A stretch of 64,000 nt of DNA, taken from a virus (taxonomy: Duplodnaviria; Heunggongvirae; Uroviricota; Caudoviricetes). The notes under the pieces were generated by a model. It saw only the letters and a list, made by a program, of their open reading frames with translations, did not search any database and was not told where the DNA came from. Where the stretch lies: IMG/VR virus record IMGVR_UViG_3300043436_002205; one strand, given 5' to 3'. Shown here in pieces: positions 35,700 through 44,506 of this stretch. The translations under genes were made by a program, and so were the position numbers. Each line of letters opens with the position of its first letter. Position 1 is the stretch's first letter.

Positions 35700-37559
35700 T
35701 TAGAGTGGCTGACCAACGATTTCATCGAATTCTACACCGGTTCTAGTCGCAACGAATGTAAGCTCGATCACGTTGATTGAACGCGCTGGCTTAATGAAGA
35801 TGTTGCCTCTAAAGATGTTACGGTCGATTACGTCTGGTGTATTTACTGTAGCATCAGAGACGACTCTAAAGTCTATGATACCTCTTCTTCCTTGAATGTC
35901 ACGAAGGAACGGTTCGACCAAGTTCTTGAACTGTGTCTGAGTGAACTCGTCGTTGAAGTCAAAGAGGAACGAAGCAGCCACAGTGGCGATTGCTTTCTCA
36001 ACAGTGATGAAGAGTCTGCGAACATTGATGCGAGTGAACGCGCTTCCTGTCGCAGTTCCAAGAGCAGTCTTATCACCGAACAGAAGAACACCTTGCCCAA
36101 CCTGCGCGATGACTGGGTTAATGTCGCTGCCGTAAAGTTGATCTCGCTGTGCTTTGTTTGGATTGAATGCAAGCTTTACGACGTTCTTGATAACACCACG
36201 CTTGTATCCAGCCGGAGACTCCCATGACTCGATGCGAGCTGATAGACCTGCAATGTCACCGTTAAGTGGAACCCAACGATATGCATCGTTATACTTATCG
36301 TAACGATACTTGTATCCAGTGTCAATCACAAGATAGGATGACGATGTACAGCTATTTCTAAATGCAATCGCGTTGTTCATCTTATCGGTTGGATTTGCTG
36401 GTGTTACAACGTTAGCATACGTCGGAGACGCATACACAACGCAGTCTTTACGTGACTCTGCTATGTTCTGTGTTAGATAGTTAGCAAGGTTAGAACTTGA
36501 TGACTTGCCGGTTAGAAGCGCAGAGATGTCAACCTCGTTAGGATCCTTATAGAGATCGTATCCAAGAGCAACTTTTCCAAGAGAGATTGCAGCTTCACCG
36601 TCACCGTCAGAACCACCGCTTAGAGCTCCATAGATCGGGGATGTAAACGTTCCTGTGAGTGCAGCGGATGGCGTGTTATCGCCTAGCGCAGCGTCAGTCC
36701 CGATCGCTTTAATGTATGCGGAACGGTTTGCAATTACGTCAACATAGTAGTTTGTCGTTCCATCTGGAAGTTTTGCAGACGATGAAACTGATACGTTTTC
36801 GTATAGTTCAAGAACGCTTCCTACGATACCGCTGATTGTTCCTAGTTTATCAATAACAGAGATATGAACTAGAGTATTGTTAGATGGAGCAGCACCTACG
36901 CGGTCGCCGTATCCCCATCTTCTTTCTAGGCTAAGAAACGCCATATCCGTTTCCGTTAGAGTGTATCTGTTCTTAAAACTAACACTGTATGTAAACGGCG
37001 TAGTGTTTGCTTCGTTGTCCGTGAAAGCGGTGACGATTAAATCTTGATAACCAATCGTTGGATTGCCGATACGAACTATATCATCTACTTGAAGCGCAGT
37101 TGTGATCTCGTCTTCAAGAGATAGGTTTACCGTGTTAGAGTTAAAGTTAAAGATACCTGTCGCGTCTCCAACCGCAGCAAGTGTATCAGAAAACGAAGCG
37201 GAAGATACTACCGCAACCTGGAGAGAGTTACCGAGTGCACCTTCATACTTTGCTTCGAAGTATGTGCTGTTAGCAGATGCAGCAGAATCTGACGTTACTC
37301 GAGTTATATATAGAGCATTCGAGTATGACAGAAAGTCAGCTGCGGTAAAGAATGTCTCATGATTCTGCCATGTTGTGTTAGCAAACGGCTTTCCAAAACG
37401 TGAAGCAAGTTCATCTTCTGATGTGATTAGAATGCGTTCGTTGGTTGGTCCCCAGCGAAACACACCGGCAACAGCAGCAGGAGGTGTAGCTACGGCCGGT
37501 ATTACGGCAGTCGCGTCCACTTCTCTAACAATGACGGATGGGCTTACAGAAAAAACCAT
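35700..37559 (-). CDS. tail sheath protein (gp18-like)
   Basis: 619 aa at the position between gp19 and gp17. Consistent with T4 synteny. Confidence 0.75.
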   Translation of the reverse strand: MVFSVSPSVIVREVDATAVIPAVATPPAAVAGVFRWGPTNERILITSEDELASRFGKPFANTTWQNHETFFTAADFLSYSNALYITRVTSDSAASANSTYFEAKYEGALGNSLQVAVVSSASFSDTLAAVGDATGIFNFNSNTVNLSLEDEITTALQVDDIVRIGNPTIGYQDLIVTAFTDNEANTTPFTYSVSFKNRYTLTETDMAFLSLERRWGYGDRVGAAPSNNTLVHISVIDKLGTISGIVGSVLELYENVSVSSSAKLPDGTTNYYVDVIANRSAYIKAIGTDAALGDNTPSAALTGTFTSPIYGALSGGSDGDGEAAISLGKVALGYDLYKDPNEVDISALLTGKSSSSNLANYLTQNIAESRKDCVVYASPTYANVVTPANPTDKMNNAIAFRNSCTSSSYLVIDTGYKYRYDKYNDAYRWVPLNGDIAGLSARIESWESPAGYKRGVIKNVVKLAFNPNKAQRDQLYGSDINPVIAQVGQGVLLFGDKTALGTATGSAFTRINVRRLFITVEKAIATVAASFLFDFNDEFTQTQFKNLVEPFLRDIQGRRGIIDFRVVSDATVNTPDVIDRNIFRGNIFIKPARSINVIELTFVATRTGVEFDEIVGQPL

Positions 37560-37612
37560 ATTTTTCTCCTTTTTCGTAAGATTTATTTGATAAGTTTCAA
37601 TCTTTTCTTCTT

Positions 37613-37620
37613 TATTTATA
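37613..37620 (-). promoter_or_regulatory. T4-type late promoter TATAAATA upstream of gp18
   Basis: Exact motif, about 54 nt upstream of the sheath ATG. Confidence 0.45.
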
Positions 37621-37631
37621 ATAACGAGATT

Positions 37632-39245
37632 TTACATCATCCAGTTGTCTGATTTATCGGATGCCTGCTTCCAACCAGGTTTTAGGTCGTCGGCGCCTAT
37701 ATCAATAAACCCAAAGGGAAGAAGATCATCTTCGATCTGTTCTTCGGTCTTCTCTCTTAATCTGTGCAGCGTATTAATGTCAGTAATCTCTTTGAAATAC
37801 GCCTGGTTAGTCAACCAAGCAAATAATACGAGGTTCATAACTAAATCGTCGTGAGATCCCGGTTCTGCTTCGTATGAGTTCGCCTTTTTTGAAAAACGTG
37901 ATAGTTCTTGGATAGTTTGAAAATCATTAATGAGTAACTGGTTCTGTTCGATTAATAGCTTAAGCATAGAACACCCAACGGCCTTCACAGATTTTGTGGT
38001 TCTTATTCCTGTATCGGTTATTTTTCCGAAACCATTTGAAATACGCTTTCCTTCTCTTCCAGCGTTCTCAGTGTAAAGCATATTTTCATATCCAAAATCC
38101 ATGATAAGAGTATCAGACACTTGAGCTCCGATGTCGTTAATCTCAGTTAGAATCAAGGCTCCATTATATGCGGTACCTACTCTATATATTATCGAAGCGA
38201 AATCAATCGGCGATACAAAGTTATCTCTAAATGTACATACCTGTTTATATGGCATAGAAGTTATATCTATCACGCTAAAGGTAGAATAGTCTAGACCCTT
38301 TCCTCTCGATACGTCAACAGTCATCGCATACACATGATTACCGACTGGCTTTTCATATTGTGAAAGACCTTCGTTTGCGTATAGTGGTGTTGAGTATGAC
38401 AGCTCTTTGAGCTTTGAACCCGATATGAGAGTACCAGAAGATCCGAGGAACTGACAGCAGTATTCCTGATTGAACTTTTCCTCGTCGTGATCGAGCGACT
38501 CGATCGTTTCTTTTCTCCATTTCTCATCACGGCCAGGGACGTCATACCACATGACTTTAACGTATTCGTAACCGTTAGTGCCTTCTTCGGCTCCCTTACA
38601 TGTTTTCCAAAAGTGGTTCAATCCGTTTGGTGTAGAGGTCATTAGAAGCTTTGTAGACTCGCCTGATGAAATGGTTGGATATACCGATGCAAAGAATTCA
38701 TCGTATCCCTCGATGAAGGCTACCTCGTCTAGATAGAGGAACGACACCGTCTTACCACGAATAGCCGAAGAAGACGTTGTTCCGGCCAAAACGTTACATC
38801 CGTTCTCGAGAGCGATGTTTCCTTTGTTCCATTCTTCAATGCCCTGCTGTAGCCACTTAGGTAGAGCTTCATACGCAAGTTTAATACGAGCAAGAACTTC
38901 CCTCGCTGCGTCTCCCTTGTTCGCAAGGATGGCGACAGTCTTAAACTCGTTAAAGAGTATGTAGTGTAGAATCACTGCGACGGCCGTAGTCGTTTTACCA
39001 GACTGGCGAGCCGTAAGAACTGCAAGACGACGATTGTTTGTAATCTTTTCAACTATCTCTTTCTGATAGTCATACATGTCGAGAGGAATGAGACCGTGAT
39101 CAACGTGAACGATCTTAATATACTTCTTAGCGAAATATATTGGATCTTCAGAACACTTAACGTATTCCTTTATGAGTTCCGGCGTCCATTCGATTGGTTC
39201 ACCAGTTTTCTTTAAGTGTATATTACCAAGATATCCGTCACCCAT
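37632..39245 (-). CDS. terminase large subunit (gp17-like)
   Basis: Walker A LTARQSGKTT. Nuclease-domain acidic residues. N-terminal region similar to T4 gp17. Confidence 0.85.
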   Translation of the reverse strand: MGDGYLGNIHLKKTGEPIEWTPELIKEYVKCSEDPIYFAKKYIKIVHVDHGLIPLDMYDYQKEIVEKITNNRRLAVLTARQSGKTTTAVAVILHYILFNEFKTVAILANKGDAAREVLARIKLAYEALPKWLQQGIEEWNKGNIALENGCNVLAGTTSSSAIRGKTVSFLYLDEVAFIEGYDEFFASVYPTISSGESTKLLMTSTPNGLNHFWKTCKGAEEGTNGYEYVKVMWYDVPGRDEKWRKETIESLDHDEEKFNQEYCCQFLGSSGTLISGSKLKELSYSTPLYANEGLSQYEKPVGNHVYAMTVDVSRGKGLDYSTFSVIDITSMPYKQVCTFRDNFVSPIDFASIIYRVGTAYNGALILTEINDIGAQVSDTLIMDFGYENMLYTENAGREGKRISNGFGKITDTGIRTTKSVKAVGCSMLKLLIEQNQLLINDFQTIQELSRFSKKANSYEAEPGSHDDLVMNLVLFAWLTNQAYFKEITDINTLHRLREKTEEQIEDDLLPFGFIDIGADDLKPGWKQASDKSDNWMM

Positions 39246-39685
39246 TATTCACCCTTTAACATCTTAAGAAGATCTGCTGTCGAGAGTATGAGATTGTTAT
39301 TCGTTACGTTCGTCTGAGCAGCTTCCTTAGGACCATTCTTTTCTTCAATTGCGTACTTCTTCTTCGTAGAGATTTCAACGAAATCTTTGTTAGCATCGAG
39401 GAGAGTCTTCATAAGAGTTGACGCAACTTCAAACGCACGTGGAGACTCAGATTGTTTTGCAAGACTAATCATTTCCTTTAATGCGTCATCGCCTTGCTCT
39501 ATAATGTTCTTGATGTTTCCGCGAACCTGTTCGATATCTCGAATTGTTTCATCGTCTTCTACGACTGTTGCAACAGCAGTGATGACTTCCTTTTCTTCGT
39601 ATACAACCACAAGTTCTTCTGATTTTGCTTCTTCTAAAGGTCTAAGACCAAGAACCTCTGAAATTTTATCATTGTTCATTTTCAC
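39245..39685 (-). CDS. terminase small subunit (gp16 position)
   Basis: 146 aa, overlaps the gp17 start. Assigned by synteny. Confidence 0.5.
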   Translation of the reverse strand: MKMNNDKISEVLGLRPLEEAKSEELVVVYEEKEVITAVATVVEDDETIRDIEQVRGNIKNIIEQGDDALKEMISLAKQSESPRAFEVASTLMKTLLDANKDFVEISTKKKYAIEEKNGPKEAAQTNVTNNNLILSTADLLKMLKGE

Positions 39686-40497
39686 TCTTCTTCTGGGTTA
39701 CTTGTTATGACTCGTATGATTCCCCAATCATCGTCAAACTGGATTTCTTCGTATGGAATAGTTAGGTCAGGATCTGTCGTCGGCACGTTGTTTGCGGTTA
39801 GACCTGGATATACATTGACACCTTCAGAAGGATCCGAAGATGCGTCCATAGATGTCCAGATATCTGTGTCTATGAACTTAATGATCTTCTTTTCTCTTTC
39901 AGGACCAAAGTACCAGCCCTTCATAGTAAAGTTAAGAGTCCATAGGACGGATCTTCTTTCTTCAAAGCCTCCTTCGTATAGATCCTCGTTCGTAATTCCA
40001 TTCAAAATGATAGGAATATCAATAGGATCAAGGTCGTTAATCAACTTAACCGTAGCTGTCCACTCTGGTTTAAAGAATGGTATGATCTGCTCTACGATCT
40101 TTGTTGCATCTTCCGAATACTTAGTCATTATATAAAGAGAAAAGTCGAGGTTATATGGTGTCGCCGTCCACACATATGATTTTTGGCTATCTGTCTCACC
40201 TAGGTTCTTTTGAATCTTTTGCTTCGATGGTATCTTTCTCGCTCCATCGTATGTCATATTTGTGATTTCAAAAGACATACGAGGAAGAGAGATAGCAGTC
40301 TTACGAGTTAGATCTGGATCCTGCGTGATACGAGCAAGAAACTTTTGAAACGGGCCGTATGCAATTGGAACTACCATACGCTGCACTTCAGCACCATCTA
40401 AGCCGTCTCGAGTGATCGAGATCTTATTAAAGATAGTACCGAATAGCGCAACATACTTCCGCGTAGTCGCATTATAGAAGTGATTTACAAAGGCCAT
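39682..40497 (-). CDS. tail sheath stabiliser/completion protein (gp15-like)
   Basis: KIVEQIIPFFKP matches T4 gp15 QIVEQILPYFQP. 271 aa against T4's 272. Confidence 0.75.
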   Translation of the reverse strand: MAFVNHFYNATTRKYVALFGTIFNKISITRDGLDGAEVQRMVVPIAYGPFQKFLARITQDPDLTRKTAISLPRMSFEITNMTYDGARKIPSKQKIQKNLGETDSQKSYVWTATPYNLDFSLYIMTKYSEDATKIVEQIIPFFKPEWTATVKLINDLDPIDIPIILNGITNEDLYEGGFEERRSVLWTLNFTMKGWYFGPEREKKIIKFIDTDIWTSMDASSDPSEGVNVYPGLTANNVPTTDPDLTIPYEEIQFDDDWGIIRVITSNPEEE

Positions 40498-40506
40498 GTA
40501 TTTTCC

Positions 40507-42909
40507 TTACCAAGTGTCTAGTGACCAAGCAGTTCTTTTCCAGATATTAGTAGAACCATTATAGTTCGCAGTGCAATAATATATGTAAGAAGAACTAAAG
40601 GATATGTCGCCAGTCTTATCTCCTAATGCCCCAATACTACTTGATGGAACTGGCACTACCCTTCCGCCAGACCAGGCAGTATTCTGTAAGGTTTCGTCTG
40701 GAAAAATTATAGATCCATTCGCACCAAATGTCCAAACATTGTTATTTGCAGCGACTTGTAAATCAGGATTTAATCCGGACTCAACTCTAAAGTAACTGTT
40801 ATTTCCGCCTATTGTTAAATTCGACTCACTGTCATCTTCAATTCCGCCGGCACGGATACGAATATCATTCGGTCTTATTGCATCTACGATTATAAAATGG
40901 TCCTCAGAACCTGAGTCTACTGTCGGAAACAGCCCTATAGCATAGAAAGGTCCGGTGTTTGCAGCGACTGAAACCGTGTTTGCAGGAATAGCAGTGAATA
41001 GAATCGAAGAAAAGTCAGTTCTTATACTTCCAGACGTGTCATTGAACTCGTCACCTTTCATAAATATTGTATTTACATAGAGGTCGCTCCAATAGTTTGA
41101 CAGAGAACCGATGTCGTAAGTTAGATCTTCTGCCGGGATTATGTCTTCCAACTCAGTGAATGAAGCTGCTCCTGTTAAATACCCAGCTAGAGCATGATCA
41201 CCCCAAGAATAAGCTGTGTTCCAGTTAGACACATTTGTACTGGTTATAGAACCAGCCGCAGTTCTTGGGAAATCATACCCTGCATAGCTGTAAGAAACGG
41301 TGTACTCTCTATCTTCAACCCAGTTCCCTGTTACAGATAGGCCGCCAACTTCTACTTTATAACCGATTACTCCTTCAAGCTCTCCATGCGTCTTTTCTAT
41401 GTCGCCTTCGGATCCAAGTGTACCTGAGAAGTATACACTCGTTATGTCTGCATCTTTTGCAACCATAGAAAAGATAGAGTCTTTATATAGAGTTACATAG
41501 CTACTTGCCGATCCAAACGGTGTGGCTGCAGTTCCAGCAGATGGTACTCTGTTGCCATCATTATAATCTATGCCCGTTGATCGGTTCGTGTTTATAATAT
41601 TTCCGGAAGTATCGTACTGGCCAGATCCACCACCTGAAATTTCAGTAGCAGGCCATATATTCACGGCCGTTCCTGAAACTGTGTATGAGGTAATAACACC
41701 GTTTTCATCAGCACCCGAGATTAGAATACTTACATTATTGTTACTAGTTCCACCTAAGTTAGTTCCCAATATCGTTAGAGTGTCGCCGACTTCATAACCA
41801 GTCCCGCCATTAAGTAAGCTATTGTCTCTCCAAGACTCGCCTTCATATCTACCAAAAAGCAGACCGAATGCGGCGCCAGTTCCAGACCCGCCCGTAACTA
41901 TGCTCGAATTGGCAGTTATTTCGCTACCTTCGTAGAACCAAAAATCTGGATAAAGAACTGGAACTTTTGACTTAAGAGACTCAATATGTTGATAGAACCT
42001 AGTCTTTATAGTCGCAGTGCTATTCTGAGTATCTCCTGTGTATAGAACTAGATCAACGTACTCTTTAAAGAATTCCCACAGCTGTCCTCTTCCGATCGGA
42101 TCTTCAGAACCTCTAAAGATTGATATAACAGCAACCGTTGCGGAACCACTTATATTCGAAACTGCGAAATCGTCGTCCTCAGTTTGTGTAACACTTGTAT
42201 TTGGGTTTACGGCTTCTGATGTAATTACGATTTGATTTATACTTGGTATACCGGTGTTATATATTGTAGAGAACGACGCGCTAAACCCTCTATAGTTGTT
42301 TGTGTCGGTTGGTATATATGACACCGCCTTTGTAAAGAATACGTCATCGTTACCTTGGTGATCTGTAATGAACAGTTCAAAAGCTTGCTTATTAAATACC
42401 GCGCTTTCAAAAAGAGTAGAGAAAGAAGCGCCGTCCTCAGACTCTGTGCTAAAGTTTAGAACACGAGTGTCCTCAGTGTTACCTATATAGTTTTCGCTTA
42501 AGTCTTGTGGTATAAGCTCACCATTTTCAATTGCGGTCGCTGCCTTATCTTTAATAACATAGTTCTGTTTTATGATACTATATTTTCTTTCAATGATATT
42601 GGAAGTATCCGTCAAGTCTGACACGTCAGATACAATTAAATTATTCGCATCTGTAAGATCAGAAATGTCAGTTGGTATCGTTGGTTTGTTATCCAAGTCA
42701 TCATAGTCACCAGAAAAAGCGGTACTTACTAACTGATACAAGTTTAAGTTTGGCTTATTCGACAGATCGTTATAGTTTCCAGAAAAATCTGCAGCGTCAT
42801 CGTTATAGAGTTCAGTAAAGTTCTGGTTAATCTTCGTGAATGCCGTTCTTAACGGATCACCGGTTCTATCGTTCGCTGTTGTACCGATATTGATGGTTTG
42901 CTTTGCCAT
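40507..42909 (-). CDS. fibre-like structural protein (800 aa) with a conserved phage fibre N-terminus
   Basis: N-terminus MAKQTINIGTTANDRTGDPLRTAFTKINQNFTELY is a motif recalled from many phage tail-fibre proteins. The rest is Ser/Thr/Gly/Asn-rich. Inserted between gp14 and gp15 relative to T4. Confidence 0.5.
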   Translation of the reverse strand: MAKQTINIGTTANDRTGDPLRTAFTKINQNFTELYNDDAADFSGNYNDLSNKPNLNLYQLVSTAFSGDYDDLDNKPTIPTDISDLTDANNLIVSDVSDLTDTSNIIERKYSIIKQNYVIKDKAATAIENGELIPQDLSENYIGNTEDTRVLNFSTESEDGASFSTLFESAVFNKQAFELFITDHQGNDDVFFTKAVSYIPTDTNNYRGFSASFSTIYNTGIPSINQIVITSEAVNPNTSVTQTEDDDFAVSNISGSATVAVISIFRGSEDPIGRGQLWEFFKEYVDLVLYTGDTQNSTATIKTRFYQHIESLKSKVPVLYPDFWFYEGSEITANSSIVTGGSGTGAAFGLLFGRYEGESWRDNSLLNGGTGYEVGDTLTILGTNLGGTSNNNVSILISGADENGVITSYTVSGTAVNIWPATEISGGGSGQYDTSGNIINTNRSTGIDYNDGNRVPSAGTAATPFGSASSYVTLYKDSIFSMVAKDADITSVYFSGTLGSEGDIEKTHGELEGVIGYKVEVGGLSVTGNWVEDREYTVSYSYAGYDFPRTAAGSITSTNVSNWNTAYSWGDHALAGYLTGAASFTELEDIIPAEDLTYDIGSLSNYWSDLYVNTIFMKGDEFNDTSGSIRTDFSSILFTAIPANTVSVAANTGPFYAIGLFPTVDSGSEDHFIIVDAIRPNDIRIRAGGIEDDSESNLTIGGNNSYFRVESGLNPDLQVAANNNVWTFGANGSIIFPDETLQNTAWSGGRVVPVPSSSIGALGDKTGDISFSSSYIYYCTANYNGSTNIWKRTAWSLDTW

Positions 42910-42918
42910 GTCTTCCTC

Positions 42919-43665
42919 TTATACGGTGTCTGCTGTGATCTCAGTAGTGTCAGCAGTTATATTGTTACTGTCGGCGGTGATTGAATAATTCGTTGGTCTA
43001 GTAATAATCTCACTAAACGGATCTATCTCTGTAAAGTCGATGATATCTTCACCTTCTTCTTCAAAGAATATGTTCTTAGCTATCGGATCCTTGCTTAGAA
43101 GTTTATCAAGAGAATATACATGCGGATCTTCTGTATTTATGCTATCGAAGTAAGTGTCTATCTCTTGGATTCCGGTATTGAACATTTCGTTCGAGTATTC
43201 GAATAGTTCACACTTAAGATCAAAAACTTGCAGTGATCCACTCTGATAGAATACACTCTCGTGTTCAACAAACATTATCTTAAAGAACTTATCGTTCAAC
43301 GGCAGGTAGACTAGGTCGCCTTCTTTAGGACGTATTAATGTAGTGTTCAGTCTTGTCGCATATCTTTCAAACGTTCTCATAGCAACTGTGAAAGTAACTT
43401 GATCACGTATCTGAAGACCAAACTTACTAAGAAAGTCGCCTTCACCTTGGAACCCGTCAACACTCTTTACATAAACTTCCATCGAGTAAGCAGCATTAAA
43501 GATAGACAGATCGTCTTCGTTAAGTATGTGATCCGTTGCTTCTAACTTTCTAGTTAAGTAGTAAGTATCAACGCCATAGATCTGAATTGCTTCAATGACC
43601 AAGTCGTCAATGAGTTGTTGCTCATTGAAGTATCCATAGTTTTGAAAAAAGACGTTAGTCGCCAT
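42919..43665 (-). CDS. neck protein (gp14 position)
   Basis: Assigned by synteny, downstream of gp13. 248 aa. Confidence 0.45.
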   Translation of the reverse strand: MATNVFFQNYGYFNEQQLIDDLVIEAIQIYGVDTYYLTRKLEATDHILNEDDLSIFNAAYSMEVYVKSVDGFQGEGDFLSKFGLQIRDQVTFTVAMRTFERYATRLNTTLIRPKEGDLVYLPLNDKFFKIMFVEHESVFYQSGSLQVFDLKCELFEYSNEMFNTGIQEIDTYFDSINTEDPHVYSLDKLLSKDPIAKNIFFEEEGEDIIDFTEIDPFSEIITRPTNYSITADSNNITADTTEITADTV

Positions 43666-43668
43666 TTA

Positions 43669-44412
43669 TCATCCAACGAAATTGTAAACGAGTGGTTGAA
43701 GTGAAGTCTTCGCGTTTTCTTCCATCTCTTTGCGGTCTGCCTTTGCTTCCGATAGGATCTGTTCACCGTTGAACTGAACACCACCGATAAGCTGCATGTT
43801 TGTGAACTTTGTTAGGTTTACACCCCACTGCTCACGTATTAGGATAGACGCATAGTTCTGAAGAAAGCGATCGCTCCATACATCGGAATATGTGTTGCCA
43901 TCAATAATGTCGTATCCTTCTATAATGATAAACGACCCAGGATTTAAGATGTTCTTATTTACATCGAGATACAAACGATTTATGTGGCGGTTATATCTTA
44001 TAAGAGGTTTACCCACGAGAATTTCCTGAAGAAATTGTAGGTGCGATAGAGCCATGTAGTAATGCTGAATGTTATAACCGGTTATGTCTTCGAGATTATT
44101 CAAAACGAACTGATACTGAACGTTGAAGAAGCCAGTTCCGGTCGAGATCGATGAACTAAGATCAAAGATACGAGTAATGCCAAGCATGCTCTCAGGTACT
44201 TCTACATATCCCTGATCTATCTCTTCTTGAGTTAGCGCGTGTTTAAGATATATCATCTGGCTACCATCGTAGTGATAGTCTCTCCAGAATGCTATTGCCT
44301 CGTCAATACGATCTTCTATCTGTTCGTCAGAAACGTTGATCTGAATGACTGGTGCACCGATCTTTCTAAGAACATAATCTTTGAATTCGCTTCTTGTTGA
44401 AGGACGTGCCAT
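43669..44412 (-). CDS. neck protein (gp13-like)
   Basis: FKDYVLRKIGAPVIQINVSDEQIEDRIDEAIAFWRDYHYDG parallels T4 gp13 [41 protein letters not shown]. Confidence 0.75.
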   Translation of the reverse strand: MARPSTRSEFKDYVLRKIGAPVIQINVSDEQIEDRIDEAIAFWRDYHYDGSQMIYLKHALTQEEIDQGYVEVPESMLGITRIFDLSSSISTGTGFFNVQYQFVLNNLEDITGYNIQHYYMALSHLQFLQEILVGKPLIRYNRHINRLYLDVNKNILNPGSFIIIEGYDIIDGNTYSDVWSDRFLQNYASILIREQWGVNLTKFTNMQLIGGVQFNGEQILSEAKADRKEMEENAKTSLQPLVYNFVG

Positions 44413-44421
44413 GTTTGATCA

Positions 44422-44478
44422 CCTTACTTTTTGATCTATTTATAAAAAGTAAGGCGATCTATTCGACAGCCTTACTTT
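44422..44478 (-). promoter_or_regulatory. late promoter TATAAATA (44437-44444) embedded in mutually exclusive hairpins
   Basis: Arm2 AAAAAGTAAGGC can pair with arm1 CCTTACTTTTT or with arm3 GCCTTACTTT. The two loops share AATAGATC. It lies between the giant gene's stop and the gp13 start. Confidence 0.45.
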
Positions 44479-44506
44479 ATCAAAATGCAATAGATCCACT
44501 TTGTAA

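Noticed and set aside
35694-35701. Late-promoter-like AATAAATA upstream of gp19.
   Set aside because: It has one mismatch to TATAAATA and overlaps the gp18 stop codon. gp19 may simply be co-transcribed with gp18.
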